DNA of 64,000 nucleotides from contig JBLDXI010000013.1 in assembly GCA_047495785.1 (NCBI GenBank), positions 620,001 through 684,000 on the forward strand, written 5' to 3'. Below the pieces are notes generated by a model. The model saw only the letters and a list, made by a program, of their open reading frames with translations, ran no database searches and was not told the origin of the DNA. Each line of letters begins with the position of its first letter. Within the stretch, counting starts at the first letter, position 1. Below are positions 23,745 to 35,660 of the stretch, in pieces. The DNA comes from Lepidodermella squamata (Eukaryota > Animalia > Gastrotricha). Position numbers and translations under genes: made by a program.

Positions 23745-26123
23745 ATGGCATCTGGTAGTCACATAGCCAAAAGCAAAAAGCGGTATGCTGAGGAGAAAAC
23801 TTTGATCTTCGATGTTGAATTATTCCCAAGTACCGACGACTCGTATCCTCAGATATCATATGCTGAAATTTATAAAGCGGAGACTGGGAAATATCCAGGA
23901 AAGCTGGGAAGTGAGCAGTTTCCAACTGATCTAAATGAGCTGGACAGGAAATGGCTTGATGATTTGCAAGATCAAGACCTTGGAGATGGTTACGACGAGG
24001 GTGATAGCTTCATTGACAACACAGAATTGCACAATGACAAGTTGCCTCTTTGTGTGACTACAAAGTATGGTGGATTTTACGTGAATTGCGGATCCTTGAA
24101 GTTGAAGGAAGTCAAACCTGAAGTGCTATTTAAAACTGATAATCCCAGCAAACGACCGCTTAATGAGAAGAAGACGGATAAACCCAAGAAGTTATCTCTT
24201 GATCACCGGCCTAGTGACTTACTTGGAAAGTTGAAGTCGGCTTCGGACCACAATGGAAAGACAGGACTCACAGTCAATCGAAAAAATAGTCTTGTGATAT
24301 CTTCGTCATCTTCTTCTTCGCCCATTGGTGCTGGCATTGTCAATTCATCGTTGAACTCAAGGCCTCAGATACCCGACGTGACTCGGACGTTAAAAACGCA
24401 GCAATCAGTTGATAACGATAACGATAGCGATGACGAAGATGAAGTGTTGAGTCGCTTGGTTTCGACATCTTCAAGTAAAATAGAAACAAAAAAGTTGGAG
24501 CCTGCGATCCCAAATAAGTTGAAAGCGATACCGAAAACTGGCAAGGTGTCTGCCAAAAAGGTTCAAGATCGGCCTCATCCTCTTGCTCATGCGAGCGGTG
24601 GCAACTGCAGTCCGATAGTCAAGCAGGCTCATCGTATGGTGAAGAAGAGCATCAAGGCAAAGATCCAGCAGCAAAATGCACCACGCATTATGCCACAGGA
24701 AGCTGGCGACGTTAAGTCGGCGAAGCGTCCCTGTCTTACGTCTGTGGCAGACCGGGCCAGTAACACAGCAGTGTCTAGTCCATCGCCGGCCTCAATCAGC
24801 GATCCGCCCAGTAATTTGCCTGGCCCTCGAGTAGCCCTTCCGGAAGCCTTACAAGCAGCGGTTGATGCCTTCGAAGCGGAAGCGAAAGTTCGGGTTGCAA
24901 TGTCGGAGCAGAGCTCTCAAGGCTTGAACACTAAGGGAAGCGGGAGCGCCACGGCAGGCGCCAAGAGCAAGCTAGATCTTTTCAATCCTCGTCTCGATGA
25001 TCTCTTACTTCGAATCGTCAAAGAGTCTCGGCAGCATCCTTCGTCAATTCGACACTCCGCTCTGAATTATCTCGCTGAAGTTTTGCCTATTCAGAAAAAA
25101 TCACTGCAGAATCGAATTGCTCGAGTCATTGATCTAGCTCAGAGACAGCAGCTTGACGAACCGATCGGGAAGTTACTGAAAGCCGCAAATTCCCGGAGTT
25201 TTTCCCAACCGTTTGATGCTGATTTAAGAGCTATTCTGACTGAAATTATCAACTTGAGGATTCAACACTATCAGTCGCAATTACACCACCGTGTTACGCT
25301 TGGAACTTTTCTTCGTTCTTATTGCGAAAAGGAACTTAGCGTGGCACTCTCGAAAAGTTCCGCCGCAAACGGAATGCCCCTCAGCAGTGTCGAGGAAACA
25401 ATTGTTAACGAAGTGAGATCTCTATTCCCGAACATTCAAATGCCAACTGCCTCAGTATCTCCGTCTTCACCGGCTCCGAGGGTTAGTCCGGATAGTGCTT
25501 CGGGTAACGACGACATCGGTAACGTGAACACCATTGCAAGTGGTCGTAATTCCTCGGCTGCTAGCAATCACGTTAGTAAACCTCAACCCACAATTCAGGC
25601 AGCGTTCCAACAAGCACAAGCTGCGAAAGCGTCCCAACAGCAACAGCAACCTCCGCCTGCGCCTCCTCCTCTGCCCGCGTCAACTGACTCTACTGTGCTT
25701 CTATCGCCGTCTTTCCATAGCAATTCCACAGCGCAGAAGGATTATGCAAGCTCAAATAAGCCCCAGTCTACTTATGCCGCTCAGCTATCACGAATCACCC
25801 CTACGGTAATGCCGCTTCCTCAATCGGCCGGTGCCATGGACTTTCGAACGTCTTACCAACAGCAACCTCAGCCATCTCCACAACAGCAGCAGCAAGCGAG
25901 GTCGCTGGCGAGTTCGGTTGCCAACTTGCCTTTATACTCTCTCTACCAACATCTTGGCGACCAGCAGAACTTGATGGCAGCAGCCGCTGCTGTAGCCGCA
26001 GCCTCAGCTTCAACGCACTGGCCTCCGAACTCGAATGCGTCGAACACGCCGAACCAGAAGGCGACACCAGCTCATCAACAGCTGCGCTCTCCATTTGATT
26101 ACAGCACTGCTTTCAAGCAATAG
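23745..26123 (+). CDS. UBN: Ubinuclein/yemanuclein (HIRA complex), single coding exon
   Basis: HUN domain GYDEGDSFIDNTE..TTKYGGFYVNCGSL; helical middle domain; low-complexity tail. Confidence 0.9.
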   Translation: MASGSHIAKSKKRYAEEKTLIFDVELFPSTDDSYPQISYAEIYKAETGKYPGKLGSEQFPTDLNELDRKWLDDLQDQDLGDGYDEGDSFIDNTELHNDKLPLCVTTKYGGFYVNCGSLKLKEVKPEVLFKTDNPSKRPLNEKKTDKPKKLSLDHRPSDLLGKLKSASDHNGKTGLTVNRKNSLVISSSSSSSPIGAGIVNSSLNSRPQIPDVTRTLKTQQSVDNDNDSDDEDEVLSRLVSTSSSKIETKKLEPAIPNKLKAIPKTGKVSAKKVQDRPHPLAHASGGNCSPIVKQAHRMVKKSIKAKIQQQNAPRIMPQEAGDVKSAKRPCLTSVADRASNTAVSSPSPASISDPPSNLPGPRVALPEALQAAVDAFEAEAKVRVAMSEQSSQGLNTKGSGSATAGAKSKLDLFNPRLDDLLLRIVKESRQHPSSIRHSALNYLAEVLPIQKKSLQNRIARVIDLAQRQQLDEPIGKLLKAANSRSFSQPFDADLRAILTEIINLRIQHYQSQLHHRVTLGTFLRSYCEKELSVALSKSSAANGMPLSSVEETIVNEVRSLFPNIQMPTASVSPSSPAPRVSPDSASGNDDIGNVNTIASGRNSSAASNHVSKPQPTIQAAFQQAQAAKASQQQQQPPPAPPPLPASTDSTVLLSPSFHSNSTAQKDYASSNKPQSTYAAQLSRITPTVMPLPQSAGAMDFRTSYQQQPQPSPQQQQQARSLASSVANLPLYSLYQHLGDQQNLMAAAAAVAAASASTHWPPNSNASNTPNQKATPAHQQLRSPFDYSTAFKQ

Positions 26124-26535
26124 CGATTCGTCGATCTTTCATCTTGTTCTCACATCAGAATCCCTTGATTTTAAATGACTTGCGCAGAGTTCGATTGCAT
26201 TCTTGTTTATTCTATGACCGCGCCAAACAAGTGGAATGTTTTTGTGGTGTTCAACTCTTTCATTTCTTTGTAATGCGCACGACGCGCGGATCTTCGCTAC
26301 ATAATTATATTATTATTATTATTATTATTACGCCTAATTTGACGATGTTAGAAATGGCACTTATAAAAACACAGAAGTGTAACATTGAATGTTTGTTTCT
26401 TTTTGTGCGCTCTTACTTTATGGCGGTTTGAACTCTTCTTCGAATCGAAAAGATGGCGAAATCATCTCGAGACTTGTTTTTTCGAAATTAAAATGAATTT
26501 TTCAATGCGATGCTTATATTTTCTTAGGCTTTACA

Positions 26536-27226
26536 ATGCTGAGATTGTGCGTCATCCGCGTTCGTCCCCAAATCGCGGCTCTGAGCTCCGCTGTCAAGCC
26601 GGTCGTTGGTGGCCAAAGCTACCAGCTTTCGCAGCACGATCGCGACGAGTTCCACCCTCGCATCGGTAAATTGCTATCAACTTTTTATTTTTCTTCTAAA
26701 AAATGTTGCTTTTAAGGAAACCGCGATATTGTTGGTTCTGGCTGGAACAACCGTCTGCAGTACGCCGACCGCCCTGAATACCCATACCCCGCTATTCGCT
26801 ACGGTGAAAACACCTCTGCTGTCGCGGCTCTTCGCGAGAAGGAGCGAGGCGACTGGAAGAAGCTGAGTCTTGAGGAGAAGAAAGCTCTCTACCGCGCCAG
26901 CTTCCGGCAAACTTTCGCCGAATTCACCGCTCCGACTGGCGAGTGGAAATTCGTCTTGTTCTCCATCTTTGCGGTGGGTTCGTTCACTCTTTGGGTCGTT
27001 TACTGGCTCAAGACTTGCGGTATGTTTTTCAATGACCAATCAAAAAGAAATTGTAAACTAACGATTTTGGTTATTTACAGTTACCCCGCAACTTCCTTAC
27101 ACTTTCTCTGACGAATACCGTTACAAGATGGTCAAGAAGTACATTGATATGAACGCCACCCCGGTGCGCGGCTTCACCTCCGAATGGGACTACGACCGCA
27201 TGAAGTGGAAGTGGGAGAAGGACTAA
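26536..27226 (+). CDS. COX4: Cytochrome c oxidase subunit 4 (3 exons)
   Basis: Spliced RIGNRDIVG..YPAIRY..LREKERGDWKKLSLEEKKALYRASFRQTFAEFTAPTGEWK..SEWDY; missed by the ORF track. Confidence 0.95.
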
Positions 27227-27680
27227 TCGATTTCGGCGTTTAGCGGAAACTTTACAAAATATGAAAACCCCCTTAAAAATGAACACTAATATTTGGCAAA
27301 TGAATGAATGAATGCGTGGTTACCATTAGTTATTGTTTCAAACCTTCTCGTCAGCTCTTCACGCCATGAATAGTTTTGATTAAATCCCGGCAAGACAGTA
27401 AATCTTTGCGCACTTCAAAGTACTCTAATGTATGACCGGCTATCGTTGTAAGGAAAGAAGATAGATAAAACATCCTGATAACAATCTAAGATTCGTTTTA
27501 CTTCAATGAACGCACCGATGCTGCCAAGTTGTGTTAGATCAGCGCCTATCATTCATGTATTGAGAATGTATTCGATCGGTACGATGATAAAATTAAAAAA
27601 TAAAATTGTTTGAGATGTGGAGTTTTAATGGAGGTGAAATGTAAAAATGTTACGATTCATTTAGGAAATTTCGCTGTGAA

Positions 27681-28972
27681 ATGAGTAGCTGCGAATCGAA
27701 TGCTGCCTGGAAAAATGAAGTAAACCATGTGTTACAGCAATTGCTGACGCATATCCAATCGGAACGGGATCGATTAGTCGAGGCTGCTACGAAGTCGGAT
27801 TGCTCTACCCTGAAATTGAACCCTCAGTTTGAAAATCTTCTCTCCCGGCTGATTATGATGCCGATCGGCAGTTTCGAACGCCCCGGAGCTCCGATAATCG
27901 ACATACCATGCGCTGCTATCGATAATCCTTACTTGCGGAGAGAAGCGGCAATATCCGGGAAAACAGCTGACACCAAAGAGTCATCTCTCAGCTGGCTGCC
28001 CTCGGCCAAAGTATCTAGGCACAATTCGACATACTCGAAAATGAAACTTTGGTACACCTTGAAGGGGAAGGATTTTCATGGCAGTCCCTTGTCGAAAACC
28101 AGCGCAATCATCGCCCTACCTTCAATTGATCGATTCGCGTTACTCCACAATTTGAACATGATTAGTGTATGTGTTACCGTTGATTCAACCACTGCATTTT
28201 CGCGAACTTTTATTATGTATAGATGATCAATTCAAGGGGTGATATTGTATCGTCTTTCTGTATTCACAAGCATTTCGATTCGCCAGCTGCTGCTTGTCCT
28301 AACCAGCTTGTTGTTAACCCGAAGAATCCGCGAGAAATACTATGCATCCAAGATGACTGCATCAAATGCGTTGGCCCCATCGACAAGGAGATGTCCTCCA
28401 TTGAGGAATTGGAGGCCATAACTTGTTTTTCTAAGTTTCCACATTTACCTTACGGTTTAGCTGTCTCAGATAAAGCCCGTTGCGTCTACACTGCTGTTGG
28501 AATTTCCATTTTCGCGATATCTATGGATGATTGGACAGTATTAGGCACATGGACGATGAAATATGGCACTAGCAAAACTCAGGTACTTGCCGCTAAGAGC
28601 GATCAACTCTACGTGCGTGGGGATGGCGGTAGCTCATTGTTCACAATCCCGATAGCGCACGACGGCCGGCTCAAAATGGACGAAATTCACCGAATTCCTC
28701 GCAAATTTGACTACGTCAAAGCTATAACTTTCGACGCCGATGGATTCGTCCTCGTAGCCGATAACGAGCGGAAACGTGTTGAAGTTTTCTCTCCGGACTT
28801 CGAAGAGAACGTTGCGGTTATTCACTTCCCTGATAATATCATGGGATTTTCTTTGACTGATATTGCTGTTATGGAAACTAAAGACCGTAAAGGCGAGTCA
28901 ACGAAGATTGTTGCTATACCAGATTATTTGGCCAGCAGAGTTTTCTTCTTCTCGTCAACTAATTGTTCCTAG
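27681..28972 (+). CDS. Helical N-domain plus NHL-like beta-propeller protein, paralog A
   Basis: LTHIQSERDRLV N-domain; PYGLAVS and AITFDADGFVLVADNERKRVEVF NHL-like blades; intron ~28167-28222. Confidence 0.75.
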
Positions 28973-29188
28973 ATAGCTTCAATATTAAATTTATTTATCC
29001 ACTATTGTATGATGTAGATTGTCTTTATTTTAATTTGACCAACTCGTCGAGCAAGCATATCTACAACTATTTTGGACCTTCTGTACCAGTCGAATCTGAA
29101 ACAATTGATCTGAAAACCACTGGTGTGGACTGTTTTATTGCTGATAAAATCTCTTTTTTTATCTGTTAAATAACGAGATGAATTTTCT

Positions 29189-29236
29189 CTCGGCCTTAAC
29201 TCGGCCTTAACTCGGCCTTAAATTCGCCTTAAATTT
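29189..29236. repeat. 11-bp tandem repeat
   Basis: (CTCGGCCTTAA)3 plus one degenerate copy. Confidence 0.8.
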
Positions 29237-29325
29237 GAGTTTATGAATAGTATACTTGTAGCATATTCTACCTATCATTATCGTAATTTGCTCATAAATT
29301 TGCTCAATATAGATTTGGTTCAGAA

Positions 29326-30661
29326 ATGAGTCTGCACCCTTTGGAGGCGGAAAAAGATTTGAGCAGCGTACTGTTAGCCGTTCTCACTCATTTGCAAGCG
29401 GAACATGATAGACTTATGGAAAATGTAGTGAAAAATGACGCCTCAAAGCAGCCGGTGAAATTGGAATTCGTGAAGAATGTGAAATTTTACGAATTATTGG
29501 CGCGATTCACTCAAATCTCGTTATGGATTCCATTTGAACCCCCGCCACCTGTCGTTGAAGCGATTCAGCCGAACAAAAATAAGTGCTCCCACATAGTGTT
29601 GAACCCTTATTTGATGGCGGAGCAAGGCAAGTCGAATGCGCCCAAGCGCAAAAAATCGCCACCGCCCGCTGACATCGGTTGTAAAGTAAAGCGACAATGG
29701 CAGGTTGAACGGAAAGATGTTTTCAACCGCGCCTACAAGGTATCTGTTATTAAAGGCGCTGATTCCTCTGGATATCGGCTATACTCACCTTGTGCCATTG
29801 TTGCGCTGCCATCATTAAAACAATTTGCCGTTTTACACAGTGATAATAAAATTAGCGTAAGTTGAATTGAAGTTGGACGAGTGATTACTGATAATTGCAA
29901 CGTTTTGTTAACAGCTTGTTTGCAGTTCTGGCAAGTTGGAGAGAACTTTTACTATTGTCAACTTTGATTCGAAGCGCCCGAGTTCGAGCTCCCCATGTCT
30001 TCGAGTTGACCATAGAAATCCTAATTATTTGATTGGCATTATCGGTGGACAAATAACATCGATCGGTCCGATTGACGAGGCGATCAAATCTCCTGGAGGA
30101 TTTATCGATTCTAAACCCTTGGTACCTTCTTCCATTTGCTTCGACCAGCCGAGTGGATTGGCTGTTTGCCCTGCTGCTGGACTTCTTTACACAATTATTG
30201 GCAGCGATGTGATTGCGTTCTCACTGGTCCACGGCTCGATGAAGGGGAAATACCCTATAACCTCACCGGTCATATCTTCAAAAGCGTCAGCTCTCGGATT
30301 TTTCAACGGAAGGTTTTATTTTAAGGGAGAAGGCGGTCGCTCGCTCTTTGCGGCGCCTATCGATCACGAAGGCGCCGTTGATCTTGACGCTTTTCGTACG
30401 ATCTCAGCCAACTTCGAAAGTTTACGGGCCATAGATTTCGACGATAACGGCAATATAATTGTTCTGAATAAAGGAACAAATTCAATTGAGGTTTTATCGC
30501 CGAACGGTGGCAGCGCGTTGGCAACGTTCAGCCCTCCGAATACTTACGGCAATTTTTCGCCGGTCGATATCGCCGTTCTTTCTGTGAAATATTCAACTCC
30601 GTCATTTAGCATCGGCGTTGCTGATTGCTTCACCAACAAAATCGCCATTTTTTCATTTTAA
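29326..30661 (+). CDS. Helical N-domain plus NHL-like beta-propeller protein, paralog B
   Basis: LTHLQAEHDRLM; FDQPSGLAV; AIDFDDNGNIIV; same intron position as paralog A. Confidence 0.75.
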
Positions 30662-30785
30662 AACCATTTTACAACTCATGCTTTGTTGTTTTATGCCTTT
30701 TATTTCTCACCGAAACAATAAATTAATAATGGTTATTGATTAATCAACTGATTTTCTGTTCAATATATGTTTAGATGAATCAGTT

Positions 30786-31145
30786 ATGAGTTCAGATATA
30801 AAAGATCCTGTCTCATCTCATGCTGTGCATATCCTGGACCAATTTCTGCGTCACGTGCAATCTGAGCGTGATCGTCTAGTAGCTAGTATTGAGAATTTGA
30901 ACTCTTCGCAGCCGGTCAAATTCGTGAAAAATCATCGATTTGAAGAATTGCTTTCACAACTCAGAAAAACGCCATTCGGTAGTGTTGAAATTGAGTCGAA
31001 ATCTGATCATGAGATGAGATCTTCGGATTCGATATCCAAGAGTGCAGCTAAGCGATCCAATGCGGCGACAAAACAGAAGACCGTCAACAATCCCTACTGG
31101 TTGACGGAATCTCATAGGGAGAATAAGCAACGAAAGCTGGAATGA
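30786..31145 (+). CDS. N-domain-only paralog C (119 aa)
   Basis: LRHVQSERDRLV..FVKNHRFEELLSQL..PFG; stop codon before any propeller. Confidence 0.65.
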   Translation: MSSDIKDPVSSHAVHILDQFLRHVQSERDRLVASIENLNSSQPVKFVKNHRFEELLSQLRKTPFGSVEIESKSDHEMRSSDSISKSAAKRSNAATKQKTVNNPYWLTESHRENKQRKLE

Positions 31146-31281
31146 ATTTCGTGTTTTTTAATTGCATCTGACTCTTCTCCACTTTATCTTGTTGTGTATT
31201 GTTCAGTTTTTTCCTTTTTCATCGATTTGAGTGAAATTCATTTGAATTTATTTTATTTTAGATATTTTATTTTTATTACGC

Positions 31282-32662
31282 ATGTCTGGCCTGCCCGGTG
31301 ACCTAGATGGCGAGATATCGTCTATCCTAGAAAGATTCCTGGACTACTTGCAATCCGAGCGAAATAGATTGGTGGCAAATGTTGAAGAATTGTCGCGTGA
31401 CTCAATGTCGATCTCCTTCAAAGAAAACCCTTTATTTAATGAAATTCTTTCCTGCGTCATGCGAACACCTCTTGGAACCGTCGTAGAGGCCTCTGTTGTA
31501 AAACAATTGGAAAAGCAACCAACCAGCGCCGTACACTCGCCATCTCCTAAAAAGAAGAGAATAAAGCAGGAAAAAGAAGCAGCTGACCCGGTTGCTTCTC
31601 TCAATAAGTGGCTACCTCCCCTGAAGTCTGGGCCCGTGGCGAAAGCCGAACCTGTTACAGCCGAGGAGATGCAAACCGAGTTTAAATTGACGAAAGCACA
31701 CTCAGCCGGCTTCGATAACCCCGCCGCAGTGATCGCTCTCCCGAGCAGAAATTGTTTCTTGACTCTTCACAGCAAAAACAAACTTAGCGTAAGATTTCTG
31801 ATTCAAGATCTGATTTGTAATATCAGTCGATTTTCCATTAAGGTTGTATCTTGGAATGGAAGCGTGATCTCAACGGTAGAAATCAAACACCCTCTTGTGT
31901 TCTCGCAGTATCAGATCGCTAAACTCGACCAATCGAACCCGAATCAAATAATCATCGTATCGGATAACAAAATTTTAACGCTAGCCGTGGATGCGATTGT
32001 AAACGCTGAGAGTGCCGTTGTGTTGAAACCGGAATTTCGCGTGTTTCATTTGGCCGGATCGCCGTCCGGACTGGCAGTGAGTCACCACGCGATTTACCTG
32101 TCGTCTGCGAATGAAATAGTTGGCTATTCTCTGCCTGCTTGGAGTCGATTGGGCGTGTGGTCAGTCGATGGAGAAATTTCCCTGTGCGTATTGGCAATTC
32201 GTGATAACGAGCTGTACTTCCGAGGCAGTGCGGCCACAACTCTGTATTCCGTCCCTATTGAACCCAGTGGCTCCCTTACGATGCGAAATGTCAAAGTAAA
32301 AGCAACAGGTTTCGGCATGCTTCAAGCGATTTCTTTTGACGACGATGGCAATATATTTTCAGTTTCGCAAACGGACGTTAAGGTAGGTGCAGTGTCAAAA
32401 ACGGTTTTATTTCCATAACAAAAATTTAAAAAATTTTCAGATGATTTCATCTACTCAAGCCACCTTGGCAATCCATAAATCTCATAAGATCAGCCGTAGC
32501 CTAGTAACACCCGCCGACGTCGCAAGTTTGGGCGCTAGCCATGAAAAATCCGGGCTTTTCACTTTTCCGAACAAAACCACGTGTAATCGTGTTATAGCCG
32601 TATCTGATCTAGTCGCTAGTGAATTATCTGTATTCGCTCTTGTCGAGAATAACAGCTGCTGA
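31282..32662 (+). CDS. Helical N-domain plus NHL-like beta-propeller protein, paralog D
   Basis: LDYLQSERNRLV; FDNPAAVIALP; SPSGLAVS; AISFDDDGNIF; two short introns. Confidence 0.75.
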
Positions 32663-32952
32663 TATCTCAATAATTACGTGCAATGATTTTTACATGAATC
32701 GAAATTTGTTGCGCTCTGTAATAAAAGTCGATGGCATAGTTTCAATGGTGTGCCGTTCGGGCCGCAAAACGGCGCCGTTTCGTGTTCAATGCGCGCTCGT
32801 TGCATGCGTGGGCATCGCCACGGCACTTCAAAACACAAAATATGATGGGTACTTGTTTTTTAATGGCTCGAGGTATATACAAATTGTCATTCAAGTAGTC
32901 ACTCGTGCGTTGGAGTTTTTGTTACACTGGTAGTGTATAACGCACGACCATT

Positions 32953-33013
32953 CATCATCATCATCATCATCATAATCACAATCTTCACTAAGCATCATCA
33001 TCATCATCATCAT
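32953..33013. repeat. Two (CAT)n microsatellite tracts
   Basis: Read directly from the sequence. Confidence 0.85.
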
Positions 33014-33058
33014 CAGCGTACAGGTGTATTTCTACCAGCAGTTTAACTTTTGGATAAG

Positions 33059-34806
33059 ATGCCAAGTGCTCACGTATGGCTATGCCTACTGCTAGCCGCC
33101 GTTTTTCTGATCGATAGCACCCTTGCAGATGACAGTAAATATAGCTAGGAAATATTAGCAAATTTGAACGATTATATTTTCAGAGGATTGCTTGACTAAT
33201 GCCTACGTTCCTCGTAGCCCGAATGCTATGTACGGCTACAACTCGAGCGAGCCTGGCGCCAAATTATACCCCGACCTCGAATCTTTCTTGCAGATATACC
33301 GAGAGATGGTTTTTCCGTGCAACGGATGGCTGAAGAGCGTTGTATTACTACCAGCTCAGGGAGAGGTTGCATTTCAAGAGAAACAATTAAAATCCAATAT
33401 ATTAGCGTCGCTGCATTTAGATAAAAAACGTTAACATAGGTCTTTTTCGGCCAAATCCGCTGGACAACGTGCTTAATCTGGTCAATTCGACGTCGATTCG
33501 GAATGTTTTGCCACCTTTCGGGAACAGAACTTGGTTTTTCTACGATCTTCCTAAGCCGATCGAAGGCAAAATGGGCGATTACATTGGAATATTTTACGAC
33601 AGCTGGAGGACTGTCTCGTCTGACCTTGTTATCCGCAGTATCGACATCAGCGCTAATCCACAAGTTGACATTCCTGACGTAACTGGCGACGCTCTTGTTT
33701 TCAAGCTTGATGCAAGTCTCATTGCGCCAGGTTAATAGCCACAAGTTTATTGCTAAACTTAAACAATTTTTCAACATGCAGGGGGCTCTGTCGATATAAC
33801 GCTTGGTGACCGCCGAAGCCGCTTTCCTGCCCTTGCTGCAATCATAAGTAATCATCAAGCGGTTATGTTAGATGTGATTAAAAATCATGTATTTTGCAGC
33901 TCCTTGGATCACGACGACCCCAGCTCCAACCAGCCCTCAGCCACCCAGTCTGCCGCGACGTAAGATTTTTGAAATAAACCTGGAAAAAGTTGGCTATTTT
34001 TAAAATCGTCGTAGAGTGCACTCTTGACGTTTTGCCTGAAGATATCAACTGCGCGAACACAACTCGCAGATTTCGATATTCGGTCAGCTATGGTCGATGC
34101 TTTGAATTTCTGGGCTGCGATACGTTATCAACGACGAATAACTTTGGAAATTCAAGAGACTGTGTGCAATATTGCGCATGGCCAAGTAATTTTCCGATTT
34201 CTATGCCTGTTGTATTATAACTAATTGTTATTATTTCGCCAAGTTACCACATCACCTGCACCTGCGTCCCGAGCTGCTCCTCTTCAGGGTTCTCAAGACT
34301 CTAGGTGCTTGGAATCTCTGACTTCAGCTGACCGCAATTGCGCAAATCCATTAACTGAGAGATGGAATTTTAACTCGTTCTACAGGCAATGTACGCCCTT
34401 CTTAGGGTGCGATCGAGGCGCTGGAGCGGGTAACAACTGGGAATCAGCTTACCAGTGCCAAACGGCCTGCATTCTCGGCAACGCTACCGACCCTGGCGCA
34501 GCCGATACTCGTAAGGAATATATTTTGATCAATGAATAAGTAAATGAATATTTTGCCGTAGGTTGCACGTCAGACGCAACTTTAGGCCAATGGCTCTGCT
34601 TATATAAAGAGTCGCGCTACTACTGGGATCGAGATGCTAAGTCTTGCAAGCAGTTTTATGGGTGCCCTTATCGAAATAACATGGGTTACGCGGTAGGAAA
34701 TAACTTCGGGTCCTACTCGTCATGCGTCTCCAGTTGCTCATCGCCGACTACAACTACAACGACTACAACTACGACAACCAGAGCGACAACGACATTAGCT
34801 CCATAA
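33059..34806 (+). CDS. Secreted protein: unknown N-domain, three Kunitz/BPTI-like domains, Thr-rich tail
   Basis: Signal peptide MPSAHVWLCLLLAAVFL; three 6-Cys modules of form C..C..R[FWY].[YF]..CxxFxGC..NN[FW]..CxxxC. Confidence 0.8.
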
Positions 34807-35090
34807 CATGAGGCGTGGGGCAAAACCGAATTTGAAAGAAAGAAATTTCGTTGTCCATATTCTGATATAGCTCCTTTTTTATGCAGAACTTATCCAGTCG
34901 TGTTTCGTTTTTATGTGCAAATAAATTAGCAGCTGAGCCTAATTCTGAATGAGTTCTCAGCGATTTGTCGGGGTCGCCGGTTGGGATCACTATAGGCAGT
35001 CCTCTGGCACAATCATTACCCGCATGTTCCAACATGCTTTGAATCATTTGGACAAGATAAAATTGAACGCTTTATTAAATAAGTAGTCAT

Positions 35091-35660
35091 TCATATCACC
35101 CTAATTATGGGTCGATTTTGGGATTTTCGGGGTGACTGATTTTTCACAGTTTCGGTGTGTGTTATGGATACCGGTTGCTGCTTTGGCTCGGTCACGAGGC
35201 CTTCGCTTGAAGTTGGCTTTGACGATGGAGGGTCGTTCACGGGTTTCGCTTTCAGTACATGCAGCGTGTAGTCTTGATGATAGGTAGTAGCCTCCTTACT
35301 CCTGGACGCCCTTCGATACTCCCCCTGAATTCTGCTGTCGGGAATCAAGTGCGGCACTGATGGGCGGGAAATAATAAAATCTTATTATAAATAAAATGTG
35401 AATGACAACTAACGTATTGTTGCCGCTACAGGCCTTTTGACAACTTTTTCAGGAAAGCGAGGAAAAGGGCCAATTAAATATGTCTGTTTAGTCATGCCAG
35501 TCGACTGGGCTGTTACTGTCCTCTGACTAAGTTGCTGTGACACTGGCGATGTGTTGGAGTTCTGTTGAAACTGCGGGGTTGATGCGGTCGATTCATTATT
35601 ATCGATAAAATATCGTCGCCTGAAATTGCGGTTATAAGTCGTCAGGTAAGCGTCGTCCAT
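35091..35660 (-). CDS. Small SAXO/Mn-motif-like protein, possibly a ciliary microtubule inner protein
   Basis: Two exons; motifs YLTTYNRNF and TTYHQDY. Confidence 0.45.

Noticed and set aside
28223-28226. ATGA stop/start overlap of ORFs 27681-28226 and 28223-28972, suggesting translational coupling
   Set aside because: Artefact of a GT..AG intron (~28167-28222) whose position is shared with paralogs B and D
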